Notes under the pieces: generated by a model | Told to the model about the DNA's origin: nothing | Database searches by the model: none | What the model saw: the letters and a program-made list of their open reading frames with translations, nothing else | Made by a program: the position numbers and the translations under genes | NCBI RefSeq assembly: GCF_009914755.1 | Contig: NC_060931.1 | Length of the DNA stretch: 64,000 nucleotides | Source of the DNA: the human T2T-CHM13v2.0 reference genome, Homo sapiens | Strand: one strand, 5' to 3' | Shown: piece by piece, positions 63,862-64,000 of the stretch | How the letters are laid out: each line of letters opens with the position of its first letter | Numbering within the stretch: the stretch's first letter is position 1

Positions 63862-64000
63862 TAAGATATTTTGGAGATCTCTCCATGTCAACTAAGAAAA
63901 GAGCTTCCTCGTTCCTTTCTACAACTTTACAACCTCATTAACCATCTGGGCATGGATTTATCTGATAAGTCTCTTGCTTGCTGATGGACACTCAAGGCAA

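Overview
This is hominoid, very probably human, genomic DNA. It carries about 60 Alu pieces (roughly a quarter of the window), one 5'-truncated old-type SVA, decayed L1M/L2/MIR fragments, MaLR/ERVL LTRs and hAT/Tigger relics, plus two small-RNA retrocopies (a 3'-truncated U2 with target-site duplication, and a Y1 RNA). There is no CpG island and no recognisable constitutive coding exon. Nearly all ORF-track entries are Alu, L1 or SVA read-throughs or chance ORFs. Most L1s and the SVA lie on +, and several good minus-strand splice signals occur, which suggests a large intron of a minus-strand gene that I could not identify. Candidate minus-strand exons are listed at low confidence, including a Kozak-ATG mini-exon at 46.9 kb, a possible alternative terminal exon at 44.5 kb and a 36/41-nt exon at 31.0 kb. 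I see no evidence of a new biological system. The best-supported curiosities are mutational footprints read directly from the sequence: a 21-bp micro-inversion of an Alu tail, a chimeric Alu-monomer tandem duplication, two template-switch hairpins at Alu B-boxes, a tailless Alu with direct repeats, and a locally templated insertion. Repeat subfamily names come from recall of consensus sequences and boundaries are approximate.
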